A stretch of 50,447 bases of DNA, counting the filler, from Sphacelaria rigidula (Eukaryota): assembly GCA_964200075.2 (NCBI GenBank). It is 3 parts of 3 records of this genome, joined end to end, with 100 filler letters (N's around TTAATTAATTAA, not from the genome) between each part and the next. Parts side by side here need not be neighbours in the genome. Positions count along the whole stretch, not along the records: positions 1 to 16,751 come from CAXNAA020001264.1; positions 16,852 to 33,601 come from CAXNAA020001265.1; 1 more part is not named here. One strand, 5' to 3'. A program made the position numbers and the translations under genes. A model generated the notes under the pieces. It was not told the DNA's origin. It made no database searches and saw only the letters and a list, made by a program, of their open reading frames with translations. Every line of letters starts with the position of its first letter. Position 1 is the first letter of the stretch. Of this stretch, positions 14,701-27,194 are shown in pieces.

Positions 14701-16223
14701 CATGGAGCGCGCTCACGAGCAACTCACCTCTAAACCGTCACACGTTGATACCATCGAGCATTACTACAACAACAGAACGAAACCCCCCCCCCCCCCCGCC
14801 CCCCCGGCATGGCCGTGGTCTTATGACTATGGCATGCATGATCATGAGTACACCCCCACCCCCCCCGGCGTGGCCCTGATAAGCCACACAAATAGCGGTC
14901 AAAACAAGCATCTAGCCACCGCGTTCTTAGCCTCGACAGTGAAGGAGGGCACACGAGGTCTCACTCGATGGACAACACCAGTCGAACGATGAGAAGAACG
15001 ACAAACAACTACGCGCGTGTACGCTACGCGTCTTCTATTAACCCTTTTGGGACCGTCGGAGGAAAAATGACGATTTACAACTCATGTTTTCTTGAGCAGA
15101 ATATGGTTGTTTTTCTGCAACTGTTGATGATGCAGCCGACCGAAACGGTGCACCACCCTAAGTTCAAGTATACTGGTGTGACAGATTCGTGCACCGAACT
15201 CCGAGTGACGTTTCCCGGTGACGAAAGCTTACATTTGGGACTTTGTGCGTACTGTTTTTCGCGAGTTCCCAAAGGATCAAGCTTTATGCTAGATAAACCG
15301 TCGCGCGCCGCCCCCCTTGCTCGCATCCCCACGCCACCCCCCGTCCGTCTTGACTTGCCAAGCACCTACCTGTCTTGTCTTGATGAAGAGCATGAACTCT
15401 GCTGCTATGTTGTTGCCCCCCAAGTGAGACTGCAGAATATCGATCATCCTCCACAGGGAAAACATCATGTACGCGAGGCCTAGCAGAAACGCCTGCGACG
15501 GAAAGAAATGCACACATTGGACGGCTCATGAGCTACGTGGGTATTACTTCTTGTTAGAGTACTGATCCGGATCATGAGCTATAGCTCATTTGGCCACTAT
15601 TTCCGTATTAGTTCCCGACAGCCATGGACGCCGAGCACGCGGTGTAGCGGGAAGTTGGCGCTTGGGCTTTTCGTACACTGCTGTAACGTGATTTGCGTTC
15701 TTGTACAATGGGTCTGAGAGTTCTCTTCGATTAGATATTTTAGGTACCTCATGAGCTGTCCCACGTGTGAAAGAAGGAAAATTTGCGCGGTGACAGGCGC
15801 GCCATCGCTATCACGCACACCATGAGAAACGAAACGAGTAGCTTGCGCTGTGTGCCATGCAGACGCAAATATCTTGATGCACTCAATCAAACATCTGAGA
15901 ATGTCGCGCCGTGCGCGGTCGTCAAGAGGGGAGGATAGCACGCCATGAACCCCCCCCCCCCCCCCCCCGCCCCACCCCCCCGCCCCACCCCCCCGCCCCA
16001 AAGGAAACAGGATTTTCATTTTTTTTGCTGCGTGGAAACGGTTGGAGTGCAGGAGAGCTTCTTCAGGGGCTCTGCAGTACAAACGAATACTCCGATGATC
16101 CACCGAACATGAGACAAAGTGTACCTTAACAGGAACCACGGAGGTGAAGAGTTCACACCTCCACTCGTGCCGAGCGGAATCCATCTCGTCACATGCTGTG
16201 TCGTCAATGAGGAGCAATGATTC
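4958..16223 (-). CDS. Multi-exon class-3 (fungal-type/Lipase_3) lipase with hydrophobic N-terminal segments; 5' end possibly cut by the gap at 16752
   Basis: GT-AG exons read by eye: 16223-16125, 15492-15370, 14536-14432, 13632-13430, 12757-12586, 11812-11754, (uncertain 11181-10861), 10503-9537, 9285-9002, 8686-8468, 7659-7513, 7041-6295, 6020-5838, 5638-4958 (stop). Phases are compatible except across 11754-10503, which is unresolved. Lipase_3 motifs occur in order: RLVVAFRGS, VHTGFW, IYVTGHSMGGALG, YSFGAPRVGN, RVVVDGDPVP, YTHVG, SHLIEAY. Confidence 0.9.
5742..5798. repeat. (GCA)n microsatellite in a lipase intron
   Basis: Perfect gca run followed by (aca)n. Confidence 0.95.
5838..6020 (-). 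CDS. Lipase exon with the putative catalytic His (SHLIEAY)
   Basis: Encodes GVPSWWYTHVGTKVLIDGRGRGHLIIDPSFVEKRFFVRSKRYVLSHLIEAYQAGLRGNLLQ; canonical splice sites. Confidence 0.85.
6295..7041 (-). CDS. Lipase exon: low-complexity insert followed by YSFGAPRVGN and the catalytic Asp (DGDPVP)
   Basis: Lies within ORF 6256-7326; 747 bp, phase 0/0; gtgagt donor. Confidence 0.88.
7513..7659 (-). CDS. Lipase exon with catalytic Ser motif
   Basis: Encodes AVRGEVHAAVRKAMVDWLLSEDHPRDIKIYVTGHSMGGALGTHCAMDLK; cag acceptor and gtagtt donor, phase 0/0. Confidence 0.92.
9537..10503 (-). CDS. Lipase large internal exon (Gly/Ser-rich disordered insert)
   Basis: Lies within ORF 9448-10725; ttttcag acceptor; phase-1 donor matches exon 9285-9002. 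Confidence 0.75.
12876..13045. mobile_element. Foldback/hairpin MITE in a lipase intron
   Basis: Arms of ~75 bp are near-perfect reverse complements around a short loop; the right end reads ...gaaagggttttaa. Confidence 0.85.
14004..14255. mobile_element. MITE, 252 bp, CAAGGGTGT TIRs
   Basis: caagggtgttttggggtagggta ... tacccaacccacaaacacacccttg; the right flank is TA. Confidence 0.7.
15042..15276. mobile_element. piggyBac-like MITE
   Basis: ttaa|cccttttgggac ... gttcccaaagga|tcaa; imperfect TIR and a degenerate TTAA TSD. Confidence 0.55.
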
Positions 16224-16751
16224 CTGCAAGTGCTAAATGCTACTGTAGCGCTCGATACGTATCCTCACACCCCGGTATACCTACGCACTACAAGACCCCC
16301 GAGCGCCACGCGCACGGAAGCGGGCAGTACGCATGGTCTGGCATAAGGCCACCAACCGGAGGTTCAAACGTAATATTCACACTGCAAAAAAAATCCAGCG
16401 CCTTGCTGGATCTCGACAGTATCTTATCCACCGACGCAAGCCACGGCGCCACACAGCTGTAGCACCCGTATTTTTCTCCAGAGAAACTCAATCGAAGCTG
16501 GCACGTTTTGTCATCGACGGGGTGTACGGTGCTATGGAAAACCAAGAAGGACGGGCAGTACGGTACAAACTTTGCTCGCAGCTAACGTGTGACACTCGTG
16601 CAGGATACGGCAACTCGTTCCCCAGCATGTATCGTTCTCTGCTCACTAGTCGAGTTTTCCCCAGTTTGGGGTGAAGGGCATATATACTTCCCTACCGAGC
16701 TTTTCGAGGACGTTAAATGAGCATCGACGGGATGGCGCGCGGGCGGGGGGG

Positions 16752-16850
16752 NNNNNNNNNNNNNNNNNNNNNNNNNNNNNNNNNNNNNNNNNNNNTTAAT
16801 TAATTAANNNNNNNNNNNNNNNNNNNNNNNNNNNNNNNNNNNNNNNNNNN
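16752..16850. other. Assembly gap with TTAATTAATTAA linker
   Basis: N-run, then ttaattaattaa, then N-run; the same design occurs at 33602. Confidence 0.95.
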
Positions 16851-18049
16851 NATCCAAGCTGGTTCGGGTGCTGAACTCTAGTCAGGCCAAGTCACACTTG
16901 AGTCACTTCGGCCCCGGCGACGTTGTCCATTGTCTCTAAGGTTTCATGAACAGATTGCACATGGGGCATCATGAGGCAAAGAACCAGGCGGTAGATATTC
17001 ACCCACACAGCGCGGCGTAGACCGCTGGCCATTTGTGTGTTCTCGCTGCTTCTGCTTGGCTCTGTGCTCTATACAAATGGTTGCCGTGATGGGAATATGC
17101 CCGGTCAGCAGCCACTGACCAAGGTTCCAGCCTAAAACCAAGTAACTTGTTGAGTTGTTATTGTAAAGGATTTAGTATGGAAACGGAAGATACCACCCAC
17201 CCCACCCACCCCCTAATCGGTCCAAAATGTAAAAAAAGGGGTGTGGGTCCAAAAAATATTTTTTTGTGCGCCCTTGGCTGCAATGAAAGTAGTCGGCTCA
17301 AAAATGGCCGTTTTTTGCCCCTTTCCGGGGGGAAAAAAACTGTCGGATTTGTTTTTTTTAGTTTCTTTCAATCGCCCCCGCCTTCACTGGGACTTACTGC
17401 CAGGAAGTTCCACGCGATTAAACCAAAGTCGAAAAAATATTTTTCGACACTATTTTTCCCTCGGAAAGGGGCAAAAAACGGCCATTTTTGAGCCGACTAC
17501 TTGTTTTGCAACCATTCTGCGGCATGGTTGAAGCACGAGCTACAAATTTTTAACACATTTTCTTGACCCAAAAAACACCGCAGAGTTCATTATAATAAAA
17601 AAAAACGGACGGACATCGTCAAGGGCCCGTACGAATTTAGGCACATTTACTTATGGGACAGAGGAAGTATAATACTGATGACAAGCTGGTAGGCTGACGT
17701 GAGGTGGGCCGCTGTGGAGAGTGATATCGTACGGCTATATGTCACTCTCTCGACAAAACTCTTGAACACTACAAAACTGTTTATCCAAACTGTTGATTCC
17801 TTAGACGCTTCGTACTCAACCCTTCAGAATTCTGACAATGCTGACTTTCTGTATACGAGCTATACAGTACATAAGCCGTGTTCATTACTTCTACGATCTT
17901 TGTTCTAACGATTAACCATTACTGGTTTTACCGCTAATCTCGAGTGGGTATATTCGGAACTGTTATTTCCTAAATCCCGACACGCCTTCCGGAATGACAT
18001 TTCGAATATACATATAAAAATACACACATTTATTCTCATCCAACGTGTA

Positions 18050-18172
18050 AACTGTACTCCACTTGTACTATACTGTTCGTTACTGTACCTTACTGTTCGT
18101 TACTGTACTTCACTGTACTTTCCTGTACCTTACTGTACCTTACTGTACCTTACTGTACCTTACTGTACTACT
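18050..18172. repeat. 10-bp tandem repeat (TACTGTACCT)n
   Basis: About 11 units visible, some degenerate (tactgttcgt). Confidence 0.9.
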
Positions 18173-20939
18173 TACATATTGCTCCAGAATAAAAAATTGA
18201 ATGCTCGTATCTACCAGACTCACTGAGTCCTACTCCGTTGATGTTCTCGAAGTTGCTCTCCTCTGTCCTTGCTCCCCACTCGATCGTTGCTACACTACGC
18301 CGTCGTTGATGATGTTTATTCTCTACAATTTACTCCTCTCTACGCTATACATGAAATATTAGTCCGTAGTGAGTTTGCCTGCTGCTTCTTGGTGTCGACG
18401 TCGTCGCTGTTGTCCGTGACGCTCGAACGCTTTTCGGATCTGTCCTTGGTCCGTAATTCCTTGTCGCTGGAAAGTGACAATCTTGTTGTTTGCATTACTC
18501 GGAATGGTTTGAAAGTAAAAACATTTTGCGGTTGTGCCCCTTCTATTTTACGTGCGGGTATATCCTCATTGCTGTTGATGTACGCAAGCGTTTTTTACCG
18601 ATCTACTATTTAGCTATACAGGTGACTGAACTGATCTCAGAACCTTTTCGCCTAAAAATGAATCTACTACACCCTTGACCCCCCAGTGTCTCTTTAACAT
18701 ATGCTACCTTATGTCGTAAAGATGACTGCTATCGCTGCCGCTTCTTACTTTGCTGGTGAAAAGTTCTACATTCCTTACTTGTAGGGTTGTATCTACACTT
18801 ATTCTGATCTATTGTATCAGTACTCTGTGAGACCCAGGGAATGTTATATGGGTGTGAAAGCGATACATCAAGGCGCCCCTTTTTGTAGGGTAAACGTTCT
18901 ATTCTTGGGTGACGGAGTATCTGCAGAGGATGTGGAGCGAAAAGAGTAACTTCCGTAGGATCTATCAAAGGAGGTTCACAGGTAGCGAGTGTGACGCGAG
19001 AATACAAAACAAATCGAGAAAAAAATGCACACCGTGGAAGAGGTGCCGACCCTCTGGCGGAAAACAAAAAGGGCAAGAATATAGGGTTAGGGTTTGGGTT
19101 ATCTATGCGGTTTGCTAGCCAAGGCGTAGCTTCCTCTGTGAGATCATGTAAGAGAGTACACGTGGAAGGAGTTACGAAGGCTAATACACAGGAGCAAGTT
19201 GGGAATAAGACAGGTCAAGATGAAATGTTCAGTGAGAGGCATCATCAACTGGGCATCGCCCTTCAAGCTGCTTTTGTAAGCAAGACGTCTCTGCAAAATA
19301 ATAAAAATCACAAATCAAAATGTTTGCCCACAAGCTCGACACACTTCGAATCTTTCTTCGTGTCTTCGTCAGCCCGCTACCCCAGGAAGTCGGCTTTGTT
19401 TGAACCTGCATCAGCGAGGGTGCAGGTCCCGCCAGAGTGAACGGAACGGAGGTTTCGACCATGACCAATTATGCTGCTTAAGACCTGCCGATCATCAGTT
19501 TGAAGTTCATTCGTTCACACCCCACAGTAAGCGAGGAGGACACTCAATCAGTCCCACCGCGTTCTATTGATCTAAGAAGCGCCGACATTTCACCAATCAC
19601 GATAAAAATATTTATTCGCTTTGACCTCACGCTAGTGACATAATCATGCCAGTCAAAGCATTTTTCCTCAGAAATCTCGTTCCGGATCTCATGCTGATAG
19701 AAAAATCAGTGATAAGCGCATCTGGAGGAATTCTCGATTGGCAGGCACAACTTTGACCTTTCGTAGTTCAACAGTTCGCCTCGCAGCTGCTTACAGAAGA
19801 AAAGACAGAAAAGTTCATCCGACGTTTTCAGAAAATGATAATTGTTCTGTCATTCGGGTAGCATCGGCTGAAAATGTACCGGTGTACCTCTCAAAGAAGT
19901 GCTCGGTCCCACCTCGAAGTGAGAGGGCTCTTGTCGAAACAAATGAGTGGCAAAAAATTACGACTGAAACGGTCATTGAGCCACAAATTGCAACGGGTGA
20001 AGACCTCCAATCCAAAATAGTATCGGATGCTTCTAACCGCCTCGTTGTAGCACGCACAGCCTGCACCTGGTCAGCGGTCAATAAAACAGCTATGGTACAA
20101 GTAGCAAATGCGTTGAATCGGTACGTCCAACTCCCACGAAATCTGCTTTTGGGATATATCTCACAAGTTGAAAAAACCAAGCCGACGGAAAACGTCAGTA
20201 AAATTTTACAAATTGAAAGAAACAAGCCAACGGAAAACGTCAGTGAAATTTCACAAGTTGAACAGGTAAATACAGACGCAAAAAAAGAACCGACTACAGC
20301 GCTCGAAAATGCATTCAAAGATGCCACCTTTTCTGAACATCAGAAGAGTCACGTGCTCGACTTATGCATGAAATACAGGTCAGTGTTCTCACTGTCATCG
20401 CGGGAGCTAGGTTGTTGTATGATCGGAGAGGCAACTTTCCCCCCAGTTCCGGGCACGAAACAATAGGTCTCTGTACAGGGCCATTCTCGGGATCCAAGAA
20501 GTCATCGACTAATGTGTAGATGAGATCGAAAGAGACGGGATAATTGAACAAAGAGCCAGCCCATGGGGCTCTGCGGTAACTATAGTAGCCAAACATGACG
20601 GCACGGCCTGCTTTTCTGTCGACTATAGATTCACACTCAATAAAAGTCTTGTGCGAAAATCACGGCCCATGCCTAATTTGGAAAGTCATGTAGACACGAT
20701 GGCAGGCGCAAAATATATTTCTGTCTGTGATGTACAAAGCGCGTTCCATCAGATCCCAATCGCGGAGGAGAAGAAAGAAAAAACAGCCTTTGTCACCGAG
20801 AAGGGTAAGTGGGTGTTCAACCGACTGCCGTTCGGCTTGGCCTTTCCCGTTCATTTTCTCGCGAATAATTTCTCTTACGTTCTCACACTTTGGACCCAAG
20901 AGCGGTCTATTAGTGTACATGGATGATTTGATAGCCTGT

Positions 20940-21148
20940 GTAATACTTGAGACGACCGCTTGCTTATAGGACCACGCCGTAGTTGAAAACACCTCAGGAT
21001 CTACATTTTTCAAAACCAATCGGGCCAGTCCCCGCAGGTACCACGCACCTGACCCTAACCCCAACACTAACCCTAATCCTAACTATAAGCGTAGGGATGT
21101 TCATATTCCGATGCGGTCCTTTAAGCACACGATCCTCTCACACATTTC
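20940..21148. mobile_element. 209-bp TIR element with an internal telomere-like tract, inserted just after YMDD
   Basis: 7-bp TSD AGCCTGT (20933-20939, 21149-21155); ~36-bp imperfect TIR; removal restores YMDDLIAC-SFTWETHL. Confidence 0.85.
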
Positions 21149-22555
21149 AGCCTGTTCCTTCACATGGGAAACTCACCTGACTCTACTACAAGTTCAAAGC
21201 ACTAAAAAAAGCAGGTATTACTCTCAAGCACTTTAAGGCACAGTTTGGACCTAAGGGTGTCAAGTACCTCGGCTACACTTTGTCCGCTGACGGGATCAAA
21301 ATTGGGGAAGACCGCCTAGATGCCATAATAGATTTATTAATACCAACAATTATTATGCAATTGTGTTCGGTGTTAGGAACGATCAGTTTTCTGAGGAAAT
21401 TTATTCCGAACGTCGAACAGATAACCGCTCCGCTGGTAGATCTCACGAAGAAAGAGGCAGCCAAGGAAGCACCTAAACGCTGGAATGCCGAAACCGATGC
21501 AACTTTCGTAGAAACAAAAAGTTTTTTTACCACTGTTCAGGTCCTTTATTTTCCAGACTTTTCAAAGGGGTTCACCATTCAAGTAGGCGAGTCTGGAGAG
21601 GGCGCCGGGTCGGTGCTCACCCAAGATAAGGAAGGCAAAGCCGCAAGTGCAGCGTATTTTAGTCAGCGCTTCAGTCATAGTCGGCGGCACTACTCTGCCA
21701 CACTCAAGGAATGTTATGCAGTTGTATGGACTACTCAACACTGGAGGCCTTTTCAACGGGGAAAATACTTCACGTGATTGACAGACCATGCAGCACTACG
21801 GTACCTCTGTTCCATGCAAGACACGAGCAAAATATTGACAAGATGGGCGATAGCTTTGGAGTCCATTGACTCAAGTGTGAAGCACAAACCGGGGAGATTA
21901 AATATTGTTCCGAACACTCTGTCGAGGCTCTTTTTTCGTTTGTATTTTTTCGTTTGAAAAAAACAGAATAATAAGGTCAAAACCCTGCTCGCGCCAACTT
22001 GTCGCCACGTTCCAGAGGGCCCCGCATTACACGCGAAGAAACCGAACCAACCCTTTCTAAGATTCAGCGGATAAACTGGATGAACTGAAAACAGTACAGA
22101 GCGACAGAGAATGTTTTACCGCCAACGCTACCCACACGAGCGCTACAGATATTTTCACATATGTCAACAAAGACAAGTTGCGAACCGAACAGGCAGAGGT
22201 ATATGGCTCTTATATTCAGTATCTGACAGACGACGACGCACCGTTAGCGGAAAAGGAGACGATGACTTTTGTCTTACTTTTTGCTCCGTGACGGCATTTT
22301 GTTCAGGTTATACTTCCCGAGAAACCTTCGAAAAAAAGACACCGATCGCGAAAGACCAGTGCTACCAGACGCTGTGGTTAATTTCGTTCTGCACTCATAT
22401 CACGGTCATGTGTTGTCTGGAGATCACCTCGGATTCAAGCCAACCTGTGAAGAGAGTAAGAACAAGTATCATCGACCGACAAAGAGCCAAAATGTGCAAA
22501 AATGGTGTCAACGAAGCCATTCCTGTCAGAGGAGAAATACGGCCCATACCTGTGA

Positions 22556-22806
22556 GACACTTTCTACGATAGCCCACCCCCCCAAAACGTGCATGGTTTT
22601 GGGAGGTAAAATCTGCACGTAAATCAAAATAGGAAAAGCTGAGCAAAACAAGCAGCTGGGCATTCCCACGTTTGGGTTCGTTCTAGCCAATATCGCCAAA
22701 ATGAGGCCCTTCATGCAGCCTGAACCCAAACATCAGGGGCTGTATGAGCCTTTTTTTCGTGACACGTTTGGGCTGGTTTTGGGGGGGATCTATCGTAGAA
22801 AGTACC
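22556..22806. mobile_element. MITE family B' (251 bp) inserted in the integrase
   Basis: TIR actttctacgatag(c)ccccc...; TSD GTGA; removal restores RPIPVNRCFERISIDFV. Confidence 0.88.
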
Positions 22807-24791
22807 GTGAACAGATGTTTTGAGCGGATATCGATAGATTTTGTCAGCCGGTGTGCCGTGTAAAAATTAATATCTGTCATGGGTCATCTGACACCATATG
22901 CACTGTTGATTCCCATTTTAAACAAATCAGCCAATACAATGGCAAGAATACTGATCGACCGTGTCTTCACGACATTTGCGATACGAGAAAAATTACATTC
23001 CGATCAGGGCAAAGATTTTGAAAACCCGGTAATATACCAGTTGCAGTTGATCCTTAAACATGTCAAAACACGCACGACATCATCCCACCTTCAAGGCAAC
23101 TCTGTCTTAGAACACGTACACTCGAATTCACATGCCACGTCAGCCATGCATAGCTCCATCGAACAAGGCAACTGGGTGACTATGCTACTCTTCGTACAAA
23201 TGGCGTATAATACATCATGCAATACCTCAGTGCAAGAAACACCCTATTTCCTCATGTTCGGGCGTCAACGAAAATTTCCTATCGACATTATTTTGGGCAT
23301 TTCCGAAAAAGAGCATGCTGTGGATGCTGAACAATACGCGAAAGAGACAAAAGACAACTTGCATCTAGCTTTTGAAATTGCAAGGCGAAACTTAAAAAAA
23401 CGAGTATACAAACAAAAGGCAAGCACTGCTAAGCTCAAGCCATACTCTCTCTTTGCACCTGGCCAACGAGTGGTACTGTTCAGGCCACACCAAGACATGG
23501 GCGGTCCAAATCCAAAGTTAGTGTTACCATGGCGGGGGCCATACGAGGTTGTCAAACAAACTCCTCCGATTGGCTACAAGATCAAGATAAGTGAGGATGC
23601 TAAAGAGAGATCAGTACACCTCATTCACCTTAAGCAATGTTATCCATGAGAACGACCACCAGCTCTCGAGTTTGACCGACTCGACGAGTATTTCCTGGGC
23701 AAAAAATAACCCCTACCCCGACTTGACCGTCCGGAAGTGTCGAAACTAAGAATTGAGCGTTACGTCGTTGACAAGGTGGTGGGCCACAAACGAGGCCCGG
23801 GAAGAAAGAGCCATCAAAATTACAAGTACCATCTCCGTCTTTACGGCTACGGGCCATCAGAAGACTTAGAGTACCGAGCACACGAGATACCACGATGTCA
23901 ACAACACATAAACGCGTATTGAATAAAACACAAGTTGAATTATACGCGCTAATTTTATTTGCTATCTCAAAATTTGGAGATGAGATAAAAAAAATAGGGT
24001 GAGCTAGAAAAAACGTCGTGTTATACTTACACGACTAACGAATGTCTGAGAAGAAGAAGGAAAACAAACGCGTATCAAATCAACTCAATTTAAATAATTC
24101 GCTCCAACATGACTCGCCGTAGGGTTACCCTAACCCCTAACCCCAAATTCGTGCAAAAATAAAACTTATGAGGCGATCTGGAGTAATGGTTCTTGTCAGG
24201 CCTACACGACTAACCATAAAATTGGGACAGATCTCACTATCGAATGAAGGTCGACCGTGAGGACAGACTTGGTCTTTGAATCAAGCTCTCATCAGCATAA
24301 CGAGAAGTTGCTGACAAGGATTATAGTAAAAGCTCTTTCAACTCCAAGCAAAATGCTCCGAGAAAAGAAGAGCACATTTTTACCATCGCTGTCCCCGATA
24401 TTCACCTCTCCCTGGTTACCCAATATTATCACGCGGCCACCATAGCTCCACTCCTCTTCAAATCATGAGCGGACCTCATGGAAACAGACCGTCGGATACG
24501 GCAATCTGTGCAGATCGTTCAGCTGATCATCGACCAAGACTTGCACGAAATATGAAGGGGGAAATACAAAAATCATTTTTTTGCACGAGCCTGTAAGATA
24601 TCGTCAATAAAATTTATTGGTTAGTGTTTATCAACACTCAGTATAGAGGATATATGACGCATTCGACTACAGGCTACTATAAACGTATCTCATATGCACA
24701 TACAAATTAGACTCCCAAAACTATCATTCTCTCGGATGCCCGCCACGAGCCTTCACAGATGAACTCGAGGCGCATCAAAAGGGGGGCATGA

Positions 24792-25404
24792 TGTGCAGAT
24801 CGCCATTTGGGCATGTACGGAGAGATTTCCTTTTTTGACGTGTAAACTAGTAAACGGCTGTTGCAGGGGTGAGTGGTGCTACGGTAGGGGTGCATAAATA
24901 TTTTCTGAGCTTAAAGTTTTTAGAAGCCCTCTATCTCATCCAGATTACGACTTATGAAAATATGTAAGAGTTCGCCCGGATACCATTCCAATGTGCTGGG
25001 GATATCCCGAATGAATTTGCAAACGGGGATGTCCTGACCCATATTCGTGTGCATCTAGAACCGTTTGGAGCCCCTGAACCAGACAAGGTTTCGCGCAAGG
25101 AGTGCACCCCTACCGTAGCATTGCTCGGGTAGTTTGCAGGAGCCCCGAAACTCTCATATGTGTACAGCCGGATCTCGGACCCCGAGGGTGACAGGGATCT
25201 TCCCAGCGAAGTACTGGCTGTCCCTTGGGATCACTGCTACTTCTTCTCCGGGCTAACTCGCTCGCGCTCGTCGACCTTTCCCGAGTAATCTACTTGCCTG
25301 CACCCCACACGACTTGCGGTCAATCCTTGACAACATAACACGAGGAAAATCATCGGTCACCTTAGACGGTTCCTACCGTTACCGGGAGTCTCACGACCTC
25401 CACA
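24792..25404 (+). mobile_element. 3' LTR of the Gypsy element, interrupted by a family A MITE
   Basis: PPT-like aaaagggggg at 24777-24786; TG...CA ends with inverted termini tgtgcagatcg / cgacctccaca; abuts the satellite. No 5' LTR was found. Confidence 0.7.
24871..25126 (-). mobile_element. MITE family A (256 bp)
   Basis: Same TIRs as 807-1063 in opposite orientation; TSD GGGT. Confidence 0.9.
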
Positions 25405-25435
25405 TATGGAAGTAAATGAAATGAATCAAACGAAT

Positions 25436-25686
25436 GACTACTGCCGAGATAGCCCCCCCCCCCGAACCGACCAAGAACGTTCACGGAGGCAATGAGCATA
25501 AATGCCGTCAGAGTTGGTATTGTGCTGCATGACGCGGCTCATTTGGGCGTTATAGCTTATTTTGAACTGTTACATGCCTCTCATGTGGGTGGAATATCTA
25601 CGAACGAGCCCAATAGTAGGATCGCAGCCGGTTCGTCGGACGGTCTCCGGTGCGCTTTTCGTGGGGGGGCTATCTCGGCTTTAGTC
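25436..25686 (+). mobile_element. MITE family B (251 bp)
   Basis: TIR gactactgccgagatagccccccc / gggggggctatctcggctttagtc; TSD GAAT; second copy at 45939. Confidence 0.9.
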
Positions 25687-26958
25687 GAATGAAGTAAATC
25701 AAGTGCATGCAGTAAATCAAATTATTGGAATCAATGAAGTGATTGAGGTAAATGAAATGATTGAAGGGAATCAAGCAAATGAAGAAAATTGATTTCATCA
25801 ATCGAATGAAACCATATGAGTTGATTGAAGTGGATAAAGTGAATAAAAATCATGAAATGATGAAGGTGTGTGGAGTAATTCAGATCAAGGAAATGATCGA
25901 TCTTACTAAAGCGATCGGAGTGAACGAAGTGAATGGAGTGAATGAGCTGAACCAAGTGAATCGAGGAAATGAGGTGAATGAAGTAAATGGGAAAATGAAA
26001 TGATGGAGATGAATGAAACGCATGTAGTAAACCGAGTGAATCGAGGGAATGTAATTTATAGAGTCTTTGAACCGATTGAAGTGAATGAAATGCGTGAGGA
26101 GAAGTGAGCGGGTGAAGTAGATGGAATATTTCCATGTAAGGATTAAAGAGAATAGAGTTGATTCAAAAATTGAGGTGTATGAAGTGAATAGAGTCAAGCA
26201 AATAATCGAAGTCGATGAAGTTAATCGAGGGAACGAAAATGATAAAGGAGATGGTCTAGATGAAGGAAACTGATTGTATCAAGTGAATTGAGTGAATCAA
26301 CACAGTCAATTAAGCGATTGAAGTAAGTGCAATAATTTGAGAAAATCTAGAGTATGAAGTGAATAAATATATCAACTGAATAAAACTTGAGAACTGATTG
26401 ACATGAATCAAATTATTGAAAAAACTGGAGGGAAGGAGTCAATGACCTGAATTAAGTGAATGAAATGACTTAAGTGCATCAAGGGAAAGATGCCAATGGA
26501 ATCAATAAGATGATTGAGGCTCTATATAGAGGGTGAAGTAAATGAGTTGTGTGAGTTGAATGAAATGAATAAGTGATCAGTGAATAACCTCAATGGGATT
26601 GTTCATGTGGATATAACGATTGGAGGGAGGGATAAAATTAAGGGGATGATATTATCGGTGTAAATGATCCCAATGCAAGAAATTAAGTGAACGGAAGTAA
26701 TGAAGCAAGTGAAATCAATTGAATAACTACGACAATGATAATATTGAAACGAACAAGTGCATGGAGTAAACGGAGTGGAGGAGCTGAAGGAGATGAATGC
26801 ATTCGATGCCGTGAAGGGGCTCAAGGCAGTGAATAGAGTGAATAGAGTTATTGAAATGGAATGATGGACAGAAGCAATGGGAGTGAGTGGAATAAATGAG
26901 ATGAGCGAAGCAAATCAAGCGAATAAAGTTATTTAGATTTACTTAGCTAAGTGTAATT

Positions 26959-27194
26959 GAGCAATGCTACGGTAGGGGTGCACGTTTTGCGCGAAATATT
27001 GTGTGGATCGGGGGCTCCTAATGATTGTAGACGCACAAAAATATGGGTCAGGGCACCCCCGTTTGCGAATCTATTCCGGATATCTCTAGCACATTGGGAT
27101 AGGAACCCCGGCGTTCTCTCACATATTTCAGAGCTCGTGTTTTAGATAAGTTGAAGGGCTCCTCACAATTTTAACCCCAGAAAAAAATTGTGCA
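26959..27194 (+). mobile_element. MITE family A, right TIR truncated
   Basis: Begins gagcaatgctacggtaggggtgca and is colinear with 807-1043. Confidence 0.85.

Larger units (their letters stand above)
19400..23922 (+). pseudogene. pol: Decayed Ty3/Gypsy (chromovirus-type) pol: RT, RNase H, integrase, GPY/F, chromodomain
   Basis: RT: SPWGSAVTIV..VDYR..LNK, DVQSAFHQI, TAFVT..RLPFGL, YMDD (~20916-20927). RNase H: FPDFSKGF, YSATLKEC. Integrase: zinc-finger remnant H..G.HLG..CQ, LHSDQGKDFEN, PWRGPYEV. Chromodomain-like YVVDKVVGHKR..YHLRLYGYGPSED. Multiple stops and frameshifts plus two MITE insertions. 5' boundary is approximate. Confidence 0.93.

Noticed and set aside
17190..17640. Homopolymer-rich TE-like segment
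   Set aside because: No paired termini or second copy were found in the window.
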